Shown here: positions 40,401-49,228 of the stretch, piece by piece
How the letters are laid out: each line of letters starts with the position of its first letter
Position numbering within the stretch: position 1 is the first letter of the stretch
DNA from: Candidatus Eiseniibacteriota bacterium
GTDB lineage: Bacteria > Eisenbacteria > RBG-16-71-46
Direction of reading: 5' to 3'
Assembly: GCA_963725865.1 (NCBI GenBank)
Contig: CAVSAC010000010.1
Span: 640,001 to 704,000 of the forward strand
DNA length: 64,000 bases
Position numbers and translations under genes: made by a program
The notes under the pieces: generated by a model
Told to the model about the DNA's origin: nothing
The model's database searches: none
The model's input: only the letters and a program-made list of their open reading frames with translations

Positions 40401-40538
40401 GGGGAGCACGTCGTTGGGCGGAACGAGATACGGGATCAGTCGCTCGGCGGGAGGCGCGGCGCAGCCGGACAGCGTGCCGGCGGCACCCACGCCCACGAGC
40501 TTCAGGAAGTCACGACGGTGGAATACCGGATCCGACAT
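37404..40538 (-). CDS. actB: Alternative complex III subunit ActB (molybdopterin-oxidoreductase-like + Fe-S domains)
   Basis: Tat signal RRDFLK plus LSGC lipobox; KIEGNPAHP, NKPWLQELPDP, CNGCSACVTAC, CQHCTDAPCEDVCP, CIGTKYCSNNCPYK, GVMEKCTMC. Confidence 0.93.
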   Translation of the reverse strand: MSDPVFHRRDFLKLVGVGAAGTLSGCAAPPAERLIPYLVPPNDVLPGISYWYASTCRECPVGCGILVKQRDGRAIKIEGNPAHPVGRGGVCARGHAGLQGLYHPDRLKSPMVKKDGVWKAIGWDQALALAGEQLGAARSRKDAIAVLTGNHTGSLHALANEFAAAAGGSHLVYEAFAHESLREANRRTFGVAAVPHHDFAAAHLVIGFGADFLETWGSPVTYARDFAAMRARPSSGFIAIEPRMSLTGANADEWFGAKPGSEMAVALGIANAIVTQGLAAVDTSRLRDALAPWTPEEVEKLSDVPAGEIAEMAVQFAGAKPSLAVAGGIATQSEQSVGLLTAVNLLNWVAGNVNRTVRFDRTLNFDDVASFAQFQGLLKRMEEGQVDVLVIAGTNPAYSTPAWAGFTSAMDKVTYAIGVTEVLDETSERCDLVLPSSHALETLGDAQTARGVYSLTQPAMQRLPQFDARPAGDVFLGLAKAGGFGAFPDTWEAYLKSRWAPLHARFGKGRDFETFWHGALQTGGVWEEPAATPVAWTGGVPAFAPPAFKGAGELTLVLFASPNHYDGRGANKPWLQELPDPTTKVVWGTWAEIHPDTAKALGVSKGDPIRVETEAGALELPVYPYPGVRRDVVAIPLGQGHTAFTRYATNLGVNPLALLPPAQDAASGAVAYLAARAKVSRGSHAARLVYTQRSMDQWDRGFAQVIPVSQLTGQTPTGPLGAESAEPSHGAATSKAHLGGHGPGERHTFDPSQLKPGRYTEPLARPAGERTPAHAITAFESENKARGPRQNPVNVGPYKYAEHRWAMAIDINACNGCSACVTACYAENNIPTVGPAMVERGREMSWIRIDRFEQQIGIPDRHNDVRFVPLMCQHCTDAPCEDVCPVYATYHNPEGLNAQVYNRCIGTKYCSNNCPYKVRVFNFFDYSAPEKVTFAFPEPLNWQLNPDVTVRSKGVMEKCTMCIQRILEGKGQAKDENRKVRDGDIQTACAQSCPSQAIVFGDLADETSEVYRHSHDHLRRYWVLEELNTRPGVTYLKKIHREHV

Positions 40539-40544
40539 GGCTCC

Positions 40545-41072
40545 TCAGTGGTGGCAGACCAGGCAGTCGGTGCTGGCCGGGTTCTGGGGATCGCTCTCGT
40601 GCCGGCGATGGCAGTTCACGCACCAGCCCATCTTGAGCGACGGATACTGGTAGACGACCGTCATCTCCTGCACCGGCCCGTGGCATTCCTGACACTGGAT
40701 GCCCTTCAGCACGTGACGCTTGTGGTTGAACTTCACGTGATCGGGCAGGCGGTACACTTCGGCCCACGGCACCGGCTGGGAGCGCTCCCAGTAGCTGGCG
40801 AGCTTCTGGATCTCCGGGCGGTCGGCGACCGCGATCTTGTGGCAGCCCATGCACGTGCCGAGCGCCGGCAGGTTCGCGATCGGCGACTTCTCGGCGCCCA
40901 CGTGGCAGTACAGGCACGGCATCTCGAGCTTGCCGGCGTGGATCTGGTGGCTGAATCGTATGGGCTGCGTCGGCCCGCGACGATCGCCGTTCTGGACCGA
41001 GAAGGATTGCGTGAAGGCCGCGGTCGCGGCGGCGAACATCACGAGGATGGAGAACGCGATGATCTTCTTCAT
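40545..41072 (-). CDS. actA: Alternative complex III pentaheme cytochrome c ActA
   Basis: Five CxxCH motifs (CLYCH, CMGCH, CQECH, CVNCH, CLVCH); QPIRFSHQIH, LPDHVKFNH. Confidence 0.92.
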   Translation of the reverse strand: MKKIIAFSILVMFAAATAAFTQSFSVQNGDRRGPTQPIRFSHQIHAGKLEMPCLYCHVGAEKSPIANLPALGTCMGCHKIAVADRPEIQKLASYWERSQPVPWAEVYRLPDHVKFNHKRHVLKGIQCQECHGPVQEMTVVYQYPSLKMGWCVNCHRRHESDPQNPASTDCLVCHH

Positions 41073-41099
41073 GAGCCCTCGTGGGTGAAGGACCGCGGC

Positions 41100-41128
41100 A
41101 AGTTACTCGGGCATCTGGAGCCTGTCAA
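41100..41128 (-). promoter_or_regulatory. Sigma70-type promoter of the act operon
   Basis: Minus strand TTGACA-N17-TAACTT, ending 28 bp before the actA ATG. Confidence 0.7.
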
Positions 41129-41183
41129 CGGGGTTGTGAATCGGAGCGCGAAGCGGAGCGAACCGGCGCGCCTGCACAAAGTA

Positions 41184-41213
41184 GGACGCCCCACTCGTGA
41201 GAGCGGGGCGTCC
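41184..41213 (-). terminator. Probable intrinsic terminator
   Basis: GGACGCCCCGCTC-TCAC-GAGTGGGGCGTCC followed by TACTTT on the minus strand. Confidence 0.6.
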
Positions 41214-41259
41214 GTGGTCCGCGCTGGCGCGGAGACGCGGCTTCAGCCGCGAGAGAACT

Positions 41260-41838
41260 TCACCAACCGGCCCGCCCGTCGTCCGCGGTCTGGATCACGC
41301 CGCAGCGCGAGAACTGAGACAGCGGCGCGTGGACCGTGCGGGTCCGGCCATTCATGACGCTGCCCGGGACCGGCCGCCAGACGCCCGCCTCCGGATCGAA
41401 CCACGCGATCGCGAAGGTCTGCGGGGTGCCGACCCCGAGCAGATCCCGGCAATCGGCGGTCAGCGTGACGGGGATGAGGAACCCGTTCGCCGAGGCCGGC
41501 GCGATCCGCAGGTCACAGATCGGCTGGCTCGGATCCGGCAGCTCCATCGTGACGACGACCTGGCCATGGGACGCACCCGGGGGCACCACCAGCGTGAAGC
41601 GGCCCGCGATCAGCACAGCCCCGCGGGTGCCATCGATGCGCTCGCTGACGACCAGCGGGGTCGGCCCCTCGTCGGGGTTGACGTTCGGCCGTAGCTTGGC
41701 GAGCGTGATCGCGGCTGGCTGGGTGGTGGGCGCGAGGGTCCCGGAATCGTACGGGGCGGTGGGAAGACGACCGCACGCTGGCAGCATCAGGCTCAAGACC
41801 AGGCCGAGCAGCAGGACGAATGGGCGCGGCAGTCGCAT
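41260..41838 (-). CDS. Hypothetical lipoprotein (ZU5-like beta domain)
   Basis: Lipobox LPAC; IDGTRGAVL..GRFTLVVPPGA, WFDPEAGVW, LSQFS. Confidence 0.65.
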   Translation of the reverse strand: MRLPRPFVLLLGLVLSLMLPACGRLPTAPYDSGTLAPTTQPAAITLAKLRPNVNPDEGPTPLVVSERIDGTRGAVLIAGRFTLVVPPGASHGQVVVTMELPDPSQPICDLRIAPASANGFLIPVTLTADCRDLLGVGTPQTFAIAWFDPEAGVWRPVPGSVMNGRTRTVHAPLSQFSRCGVIQTADDGRAGW

Positions 41839-42117
41839 GCGACCTCCGCCGGCGCGCCGACCGATCGGTCGGTAGCTCGCCGGAGCTGCACGTGCCCCAC
41901 GGCCACCGGGAGGGGCCCGGCGCGGGAGTCGCGTGGGCACGTGCGGGTCGCGACACCCAATGGGACTTCACTGCAGGTGCCGTGCCGGGCGCGGTCGCGC
42001 GAAGCCGGGCGCGCAATCCCGTGTCGCCCAGACTGCGTGGGCGCTCGAGCAGGCCGCGCGCGCTGGGTCGTGGGCGCATCCTGCACGCTCGCCTTCGCGA
42101 CCCGCACGCTCACTCCG

Positions 42118-43569
42118 CTAGCGTGCGCGTCCTGCCCTGACGAGCTTCAGCGATTCGCCGGTGCGCACCGTCTCGTCCAGCTGGAGGTTGTTGAGCACCG
42201 CGGTCTCCTCGGCGCCGAGCGCCTGGGCGCCGAGCTTTGGCAGCGTCTCGGAGAGCGTGCCGTTCGCGGTGGCGGCGACCACGCGGACGCGGTCGGGCGT
42301 CACGTTCAGGCGCGCCGGATCGGTCACCGGGCGCAGCGAGCGCGCGGCGCGGGCGATCGCGTCGTCCTCGGCGGTGGTCTTGCCCAGTCCGACGATCTGC
42401 AGCATGCGATCGGGACTCTGGCGCACGAACGCCGCGAACATCGACTGCACGCCGCCCTGCCCGTCCGGCACCGCCAGGTGCCCGACCCACGCGGGCCACC
42501 CGCCGATCGACTCGTTGCGCCCCGCCGCCTCGCTCACGGCGCCCTTCTGCCGGAGCGCGGCCACGAACCCCTCGGGTGAGAGCGTGCCGGCCTGCGCCAG
42601 CGTCATCTGCATCTGGCCGGCCTGGTTGGGCGCCGCCGCCACCACCGCGCTCTTCTGGTCCTGCGTCTGCCAGCCGCTCGGGAACGTGATCTCGAGCCGC
42701 ATCTCGGGCTGGGTGTAGCGCGCGCCGTCGAAGTAGCCCTGCCGTGGATCGGCGCCGAACACCACGCCGTCGAGCCGCCGCACGTAGTCGCGCTGGCGCA
42801 CGATCAGGCCGGTGTGACCCGCGGCCGCGGTCGCCGCCAGCGCCGAGGTGCGCTGCTCACGATCGCCCGGATCGGGGTGGGTCGAGAGGAACGCCGGCAG
42901 CCGCTGTCCGCTGCTCTCGCTGATGCGCTTCAGCATGGCGTAGGTCGAGGGGATCTGGCGCGGGTCCCAGCCCGCCTTGGTCGAGTAGCCGACGCCGAGC
43001 TCGTCCGCCTGGGTCTCGTCGTCGCGGCTGTACTTGAGCATCAGCAGCCCGAGCGCCTGCTGCGCCTCGCTGTTGTACTGGCGCACGGTCGACGAGAACG
43101 CCGAGCCCACCGCGAGCCCGAGCCCGAGGACCTGCTGCTGGGTCATCTGCTTGGCACCGTGTCGCGCGGTGACATGGCCGATCTCGTGGCCCAGCACGCC
43201 GGCCAGCTGCGCCTCGGAGTTCAAGTACGAGAGGATGCCGCGCGTGATGTAGATGTAGCCGCCGGGCATCGCGAACGCGTTCACCACCGGGTCGTCGAGC
43301 ACCGTGAACGTCCACGCGAGGTCCGGCCGGTGCGAGACCTTCGCCAGCGACTGCCCCACGCTGTCGACATAGGCCTGGACCGCCGCGTCGTCGTAGCGGC
43401 CGTACTCGGCGACCACCGCCGGATACCCCTCCTTGCCGATCGCCAGCTCCTGGTCCGCGCTCACCAGCGACAGCTCGCGGCGGCCGGTGACCGGGTTGGT
43501 GGCGCACGACGCGACGAGTGCCGCCGCCAGTGCGGCCGCGGCGGCGAGCAGGACGAGGCGCTGAGACAT
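42118..43569 (-). CDS. M48-family zinc metalloprotease lipoprotein
   Basis: [37 protein letters not shown]. Confidence 0.92.
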   Translation of the reverse strand: MSQRLVLLAAAAALAAALVASCATNPVTGRRELSLVSADQELAIGKEGYPAVVAEYGRYDDAAVQAYVDSVGQSLAKVSHRPDLAWTFTVLDDPVVNAFAMPGGYIYITRGILSYLNSEAQLAGVLGHEIGHVTARHGAKQMTQQQVLGLGLAVGSAFSSTVRQYNSEAQQALGLLMLKYSRDDETQADELGVGYSTKAGWDPRQIPSTYAMLKRISESSGQRLPAFLSTHPDPGDREQRTSALAATAAAGHTGLIVRQRDYVRRLDGVVFGADPRQGYFDGARYTQPEMRLEITFPSGWQTQDQKSAVVAAAPNQAGQMQMTLAQAGTLSPEGFVAALRQKGAVSEAAGRNESIGGWPAWVGHLAVPDGQGGVQSMFAAFVRQSPDRMLQIVGLGKTTAEDDAIARAARSLRPVTDPARLNVTPDRVRVVAATANGTLSETLPKLGAQALGAEETAVLNNLQLDETVRTGESLKLVRAGRAR

Positions 43570-43581
43570 GGTGAGCCCTCC

Positions 43582-44793
43582 TCAGTAACGCGGCAGCGCC
43601 GGATCGACGTCACGCGACCACGCGTCGATGCCGCCCCGCAGGTTCTGGAGCCGGGTGAAGCCCGACCGCTTCAGGAGCTCGAGCGCGTGGAGGCTGCGCG
43701 CGCCGTGGTGGCAGTAGAGCACCACGGTCCGCTCGCGATCGAGGTCCTGTATTCGCGCCGGCAGCGTGCGCAGGGGCACGAGCGTGGCACCGGGCAGGCG
43801 CGCGATCTGCCATTCGTGCGGCTCGCGCACGTCCACCAGCATCACGTCCTCGCCTCGCTGCAGGCGCTCGGCCAGTTCGCGTGGCGAGACGTCGCGCGGC
43901 GGTCCGTCGGATGGTCTCCGTCCGCCGAACATGTCCTCCTCGGTCGCGGTCGCCGCCGGCTCGGGCGCGACGCCGCAGAACTGGTCGTAGTCGATCAGCG
44001 CCTGGATCGTAGGCCGTTCGCCGCACATCGGGCAATCCGGGTCCTTGCGCAGCGTGAGCTCGCGGAAGCGCATCGCCAGCGCATCGAACACCAGCAGCCG
44101 TCCGATCAGCGGCTCGCCCACGCCGAGCAGCAGCTTGAGCGTCTCCACCGCCTGCACCATGCCGATCACGCCCGGCAGCACGCCGAGCACCCCGCCCTCG
44201 GCGCACGAAGGCACCAGCCCGGGAGGCGGCGGGTCCGGATAGAGGCAGCGATAACACGGACCGCGGCGCGCGTCGAACACGCTCGCCTGGCCCTCGAAGC
44301 GGAACACGCTGCCGTGCACGTTGGGGATGCCGAGCATCACGCACGCGTCGTTCACCAGGTAGCGCGTCGCGAAGTTGTCGGCGCCGTCGGCGACCACGTC
44401 GTAGCCGCGCATCACCTCGAGCGCGTTGTCGCGGGCCAGCCGCGCGCGATGCGGCTCGACCTTCACGTGGGGATTCAGCTCGGCGATGCGCAGGCTCGCG
44501 GACTCGACCTTGGCGCGCCCGAGGTCGTCGGTGCCGTGCAGCACCTGGCGCTGCAGGTTCGAGGCGTCGACGACGTCGAAGTCGACGATCCCGAGGCGCC
44601 CGACCCCGGCCGCGGCGAGGTACAGCGCGAGCGGCGAGCCGAGCCCGCCCGCACCGACCAGCAGCACGCTCGCCGCCTTGAGGCGACGCTGCCCCTCCTC
44701 ACCCACCTCGGGCAGCACCAGGTGCCGCCCGTAGCGCAGGTACTCGGCGGGCGAGAGCGGCGGCAGGTCGGATGTCGGACGCGGGTGATCCAT
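43582..44793 (-). CDS. moeB: Molybdopterin-synthase adenylyltransferase MoeB fused to rhodanese (MoeZ-type)
   Basis: [50 protein letters not shown]. Confidence 0.92.
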   Translation of the reverse strand: MDHPRPTSDLPPLSPAEYLRYGRHLVLPEVGEEGQRRLKAASVLLVGAGGLGSPLALYLAAAGVGRLGIVDFDVVDASNLQRQVLHGTDDLGRAKVESASLRIAELNPHVKVEPHRARLARDNALEVMRGYDVVADGADNFATRYLVNDACVMLGIPNVHGSVFRFEGQASVFDARRGPCYRCLYPDPPPPGLVPSCAEGGVLGVLPGVIGMVQAVETLKLLLGVGEPLIGRLLVFDALAMRFRELTLRKDPDCPMCGERPTIQALIDYDQFCGVAPEPAATATEEDMFGGRRPSDGPPRDVSPRELAERLQRGEDVMLVDVREPHEWQIARLPGATLVPLRTLPARIQDLDRERTVVLYCHHGARSLHALELLKRSGFTRLQNLRGGIDAWSRDVDPALPRY

Positions 44794-44899
44794 CGGGCGG
44801 ATCCGGGTCGAAGGCGAGCGGTGCTTTCCTTGGATGCGCGGGGAGCCGGGGCGATGGGACGCTGGCGCACCGCGCGCGCGGCCGCTACGATGCCCCGTC

Positions 44900-45877
44900 A
44901 TGATCCTCGCTGCGGACGTCGGCGGAACCAAGGTCCAGTTCGCACTCTACGCCGAAGGTGCGTCGCCGCGGAAGCCCGCGCGCGAGGGACGCTTCGCGAG
45001 CCGCGAGTACGCGACGTTCGAGGACTGCGTGCGCGCCTTCCTCGGCCAGCCGGCGCCCGCCATCGCGCGCGCCGCCATCGGCGTCGCGGGTCCGGTCGTG
45101 GGCGACCGCTGCGAGGCCACCAACCTGCCGTGGGTGGTCGACGGGACCGCGCTCGCGCGCTCGCTGGGAGCCCGCCGGGTGCGCCTGCTGAACGACCTCG
45201 AGGCGACCGCGTGGGGGATCGCGACCCTGGGCGCCGAGGACCTCGAGACGCTGCAGCCCGGCGAGGAGCGCTCCGGCAACCGCGCGCTGATCGCGGCCGG
45301 CACCGGGCTCGGGGAAGGCCTGCTGGTGCATCGCGACGGCCGCTGGATCCCCTCGCCGTCGGAGGGCGGCCATTGCGACCTGGCGCCGCGGGATCCGCTC
45401 GAGGACGAGTTGCTGGTGTGGCTGCGCGGGCGCCACGGCCGCGTGTCGTACGAGCGCGTGCTCTCGGGGCCGGGCCTGGCGAGCCTCTACCGCTTCCTGC
45501 GCGCGAGCGCGCGCGGCGACGAGCCGCCCGCGGTCGCGCAGCGCTTCGACGCGGCCGCGGATCCCGCGGCGTTCGTCACCGCGTGCGCGCTCGACGGCTC
45601 GTGCGAGCGGGCCCGGCTGGCGCTCGAGCGCTTCGTCGAGCTGTACGGAGCCGAGGCCGGCAACCTGGCGCTCAAGATGCTCGCGATCGGCGGGCTGTAC
45701 GTGGCCGGCGGCATCGCCCCGCGCATCCTGCCGTTCCTGCGCGACGGACGATTCGTGCGCGCGTTCGGGGCCAAGGGACGGCTCTCGCCGCTCCTCGCCG
45801 GAATCCCGGTGCACGTGGTGCTCGACGCACAGGCCCCGTTGTGGGGCGCGGCGCACGTCGCGCTGGAGGACGCATGA
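44900..45877 (+). CDS. glk: Glucokinase
   Basis: [49 protein letters not shown]. Confidence 0.93.
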   Translation: MILAADVGGTKVQFALYAEGASPRKPAREGRFASREYATFEDCVRAFLGQPAPAIARAAIGVAGPVVGDRCEATNLPWVVDGTALARSLGARRVRLLNDLEATAWGIATLGAEDLETLQPGEERSGNRALIAAGTGLGEGLLVHRDGRWIPSPSEGGHCDLAPRDPLEDELLVWLRGRHGRVSYERVLSGPGLASLYRFLRASARGDEPPAVAQRFDAAADPAAFVTACALDGSCERARLALERFVELYGAEAGNLALKMLAIGGLYVAGGIAPRILPFLRDGRFVRAFGAKGRLSPLLAGIPVHVVLDAQAPLWGAAHVALEDA

Positions 45878-47874
45878 CCCCCGTGGACCCGCTCGTGGAG
45901 CAGCAGGCCGTCGAGTGCATCCGCTTCCTCGCCGCCGACGCGGTCGAGCAGGCCCGGAGCGGGCACCCCGGCATGCCGATGGGGATGGCGGACGTCGCGT
46001 ACGTGATGTGGATGCGGCACCTGCGTCACGCTCCGCACGATCCCGCCTGGCCGGGGCGCGACCGCTTCGTGCTGTCGGGCGGGCATGGCTCGATGCTGCT
46101 GTACGCGCTGCTCCACCTGACCGGCTACGACCTGCCCCTCGAGGAGCTCAAGCGCTTCCGCCAGTGGGGCAGTCGCACGCCGGGCCATCCCGAGCACGGA
46201 CACACCCCCGGGGTCGAGACCACCACCGGGCCGCTCGGCCAGGGGTTCGGCAATGCGGTCGGCATGGCGCTCGCGGCCCGCATGCTCGCCGCGCGCGTAG
46301 GCGAGCACCCGCTCGCGCCCGCACCCGCGCGCGTGTTCGGCATGTGCGGTGACGGCGACCTCATGGAGGGCGTCAGCTCCGAGGCCGCCTCGCTGGCGGC
46401 GCACTGGGGACTCGGCAACCTCACGATGGTGTACGACGACAACCACATCACGATCGAAGGCGACACCGCGCTCGCCTGGAGCGAGGACGTCGGCGCCCGC
46501 TTCGCCGCCTACGGCTGGCACGTTCAGCGAGTGGACGCCTACGACCGCGCTGCGATCGACGCCGCGATCGGCGCGGCGGTCGCCGAGACCGCGCGCCCGA
46601 GCCTGATCATCGCGCGCAGCCATATCGCCTACGGCGCTCCGACCAAGCAGGACACCGCCGCCGCGCACGGCGAGCCGCTCGGCGCCGAGGAGCTGGCCGG
46701 CGCCAAGCGGGCGCGCGGCTGGCCCGCGAGCCCGTCGTTCCTGATCCCCGACGCGGTGCACGCGCACTTCGCCGCGCGCACCGCCGAGCTCGACCGCGCG
46801 CGCCTGGAATGGGAGCAGCGACTGATGGCGTGGCGGGCAGCGGCACCCGCGGACGCGGCGCGCTACGGCGCCCTGCTGGAGCAGGCGGTGCCCGCCGACC
46901 TGTTCGACCGGCTGGTCGCACAGGCGCCGGCCACCGCCGCCGCCACCCGCGCGCACGGCAACGCGGTGCTGCAGCAGGCCGCGGCCCTGGTGCCGTCGTT
47001 GATCGGCGGCAGCGCCGACCTCGAGCCCTCGACCAAGACGTGGATCAAGGACGCGGCGGCGATCACGCGATCCGGGTACGGCGGCCGCAACCTGCACTTC
47101 GGGGTGCGCGAGCTCGGCATGGGCGCGGTGCTGAACGGCCTCGCGCTGCACGGCGGCTTCATCCCCTACGGCGCGTCGTTCCTGGTGTTCACCGACTACG
47201 CGCGCCCCGCGATCCGCCTGTCGGCCCTGATGGGGGCGCAGGTGGTGTGGGTGTTCACGCACGATAGCGTGTTCCTCGGCGAGGACGGGCCCACCCACCA
47301 GCCGGTCGAGCATCTCGAGGCGCTGCGCGCCATCCCGGGATTGCGCGTGATCCGCCCGGCCGACGGACTCGAGACGGCCGCCGCGTGGGCGCTCGCGCTC
47401 GAGCGGCGCGACGGGCCCACGCTGCTCGCGCTCACGCGCCAGAGCCTGCCAGCGCTCGAGCGCCCCGCGTCGTTCGTGCCCGCGCATCTGCGGCGCGGCG
47501 GCTACGTCGTGCGCGAGGCCGGCGGCGACGCGCTCACCCTGATCGCGACCGGCTCCGAGGTGGCGCTCGCGGTGGAGGCGGCCAGGCGCCTCGCGGCCGC
47601 GGGGCACGCGAGCCGCGTCGTGAGCCTGCCGGCGCCCGAGCTGTTCCTGGCTCAGGAGCGCGCGTGGCGCGACGCGGTGCTGCCGCCCGGCGGCCGCCGC
47701 GTGAGCATCGAAGCGGGATGCACCGGCTACTGGCGCCGCTTCATCGGCGAGGCCGGCCTCGCGATCGGCATCGACCGGTTCGGCGCCTCGGCGCCCGCCG
47801 CCGACCTCGCGCGCCATCTCGGGTTCACCCCCGAGGCGGTCGTCGAACGCGTGCAGGCATGGGCGCGCGCCTGA
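45874..47874 (+). CDS. tkt: Transketolase
   Basis: [57 protein letters not shown]. Confidence 0.96.
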   Translation: MTPVDPLVEQQAVECIRFLAADAVEQARSGHPGMPMGMADVAYVMWMRHLRHAPHDPAWPGRDRFVLSGGHGSMLLYALLHLTGYDLPLEELKRFRQWGSRTPGHPEHGHTPGVETTTGPLGQGFGNAVGMALAARMLAARVGEHPLAPAPARVFGMCGDGDLMEGVSSEAASLAAHWGLGNLTMVYDDNHITIEGDTALAWSEDVGARFAAYGWHVQRVDAYDRAAIDAAIGAAVAETARPSLIIARSHIAYGAPTKQDTAAAHGEPLGAEELAGAKRARGWPASPSFLIPDAVHAHFAARTAELDRARLEWEQRLMAWRAAAPADAARYGALLEQAVPADLFDRLVAQAPATAAATRAHGNAVLQQAAALVPSLIGGSADLEPSTKTWIKDAAAITRSGYGGRNLHFGVRELGMGAVLNGLALHGGFIPYGASFLVFTDYARPAIRLSALMGAQVVWVFTHDSVFLGEDGPTHQPVEHLEALRAIPGLRVIRPADGLETAAAWALALERRDGPTLLALTRQSLPALERPASFVPAHLRRGGYVVREAGGDALTLIATGSEVALAVEAARRLAAAGHASRVVSLPAPELFLAQERAWRDAVLPPGGRRVSIEAGCTGYWRRFIGEAGLAIGIDRFGASAPAADLARHLGFTPEAVVERVQAWARA

Positions 47875-48464
47875 GATCCGCGCTCCTCACGCTCGCGGCG
47901 CTGGGAGTGCTCGCGCTGGGCGCGTGCGGCCGCGGTGGACCGCCCGCCGCAGCGCGGCGAGCACCCGCGAGCGGCACGCCGGTGGAGCGCGCCCCCGCCC
48001 CGGCACCCGCCGCCGCGGCGCCCGGCGGCGGACCGCGCGTGACGCCGGTCACCGCCCGGGACGTGGTGGCGCTCGCCCGGGCGCCCGGCGCGAAGGTGAC
48101 GCTCGTGAACATCTGGGCCTCGTGGTGCGCGCCGTGCCGCGCCGAGATGCCCGCGCTGCTCGCGATCCGGCGGGCGCATCGGGCGGACGGCCTGCGGGTC
48201 GCGCTCGTGTCGGCCGACTTCGACAGTGGCACCGCGCAGTCCTACCTGACCCGCCTGGGCGTGGACTTCCCCACGTTCCTGAAGACCGGCGACGACATGG
48301 CGTTCATCGACGCGCTCGAGCCGCGCTGGACGGGGGCGCTGCCGGCGACGTTCGTGTACGATGCGCACGGCTCACTGGTGAGGTTCTGGGAAGGGGCCGC
48401 CGACTCGCAGCGATTCGCATCCGCCGTGGCCGCGGCCCTCGCGCGCGAGGCCGCACCGCGCTGA
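47859..48464 (+). CDS. TlpA-like thioredoxin lipoprotein
   Basis: Lipobox [20 protein letters not shown]. Confidence 0.85.
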   Translation: MGARLRSALLTLAALGVLALGACGRGGPPAAARRAPASGTPVERAPAPAPAAAAPGGGPRVTPVTARDVVALARAPGAKVTLVNIWASWCAPCRAEMPALLAIRRAHRADGLRVALVSADFDSGTAQSYLTRLGVDFPTFLKTGDDMAFIDALEPRWTGALPATFVYDAHGSLVRFWEGAADSQRFASAVAAALAREAAPR

Positions 48465-48483
48465 TCCCGCAGGAGGCTCCACC

Positions 48484-49098
48484 ATGCGTACTCTCGTCCT
48501 CTCCGGCCTGCTCGGCGCCGCGCTGGCCCTCTCGTGTTCCACCGTCCGCGCCGACGGCCTCGCGCTCGGCGACGCCGCTCCGATGGCGGCCGAGAAGCTC
48601 CGCGCCGTGAGCGGCAAGGACGTCACGCTCGCGGGTGTGCGGAGCGACAAGGGGCTGCTGGTCGTGTTCACGTGCAACCACTGCCCCTACGCGCAGGCCT
48701 GGGAGCGCCGCATCGCCGCGCTCGGCAACGACGCGACGCGCCGCGGGCTCGGAGTCATCGCGGTGAACCCGAACGACCCGAGCGCCTATCCCGAGGACGC
48801 GTTCGATCCGATGGTGAAGCGCGCGCAGTCCCTGGGACTGCAATTCCCGTACGCGGTGGACGCGACCAGTCGCGTGGCGCGCGCATTCGGCGCGACGCGC
48901 ACGCCCGAGGCGTATCTGTTCGACGCCTCCGGCGCGCTGGTCTACCACGGCACCATCGACGACAACGCCCGTGACCCGGGCGCGGTGAAGCAGCGCTATC
49001 TCGCGGACGCGGTCGCGGCGCTGCTCGCGGGCAAGCCGATCCCGCTCGCCCAGACCAAGTCGCTCGGCTGCAGCATCAAGTTCCGCGCCGGCGTCTGA
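48484..49098 (+). CDS. Exported thioredoxin-family (redoxin/AhpC-TSA-like) protein
   Basis: Signal peptide; FTCNHCPY, YPED, ATRTPE, GCSIK. Confidence 0.88.
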   Translation: MRTLVLSGLLGAALALSCSTVRADGLALGDAAPMAAEKLRAVSGKDVTLAGVRSDKGLLVVFTCNHCPYAQAWERRIAALGNDATRRGLGVIAVNPNDPSAYPEDAFDPMVKRAQSLGLQFPYAVDATSRVARAFGATRTPEAYLFDASGALVYHGTIDDNARDPGAVKQRYLADAVAALLAGKPIPLAQTKSLGCSIKFRAGV

Positions 49099-49228
49099 CC
49101 GCACGGGCGGCCGCCGCGTTGACGCCGGCGGACCGGCGGGAGCATCTTCGGCGCCACCACGACATCGCAACCCGCAAGCGGGCTCCGCGGCAATCCCCCG
49201 GCCCATCCCGCGTCCACGGAGACCTCCC

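Noticed and set aside
41134..41152. Rex operator upstream of the act promoter
   Set aside because: Only one half-site (TTGTGAA) is present; the second half does not match.
42814..45873. N-terminally extended giant transketolase
   Set aside because: The extension overlaps the M48, moeB and glk genes. The true start at 45874 has a GGAGG RBS and an ATGA overlap.
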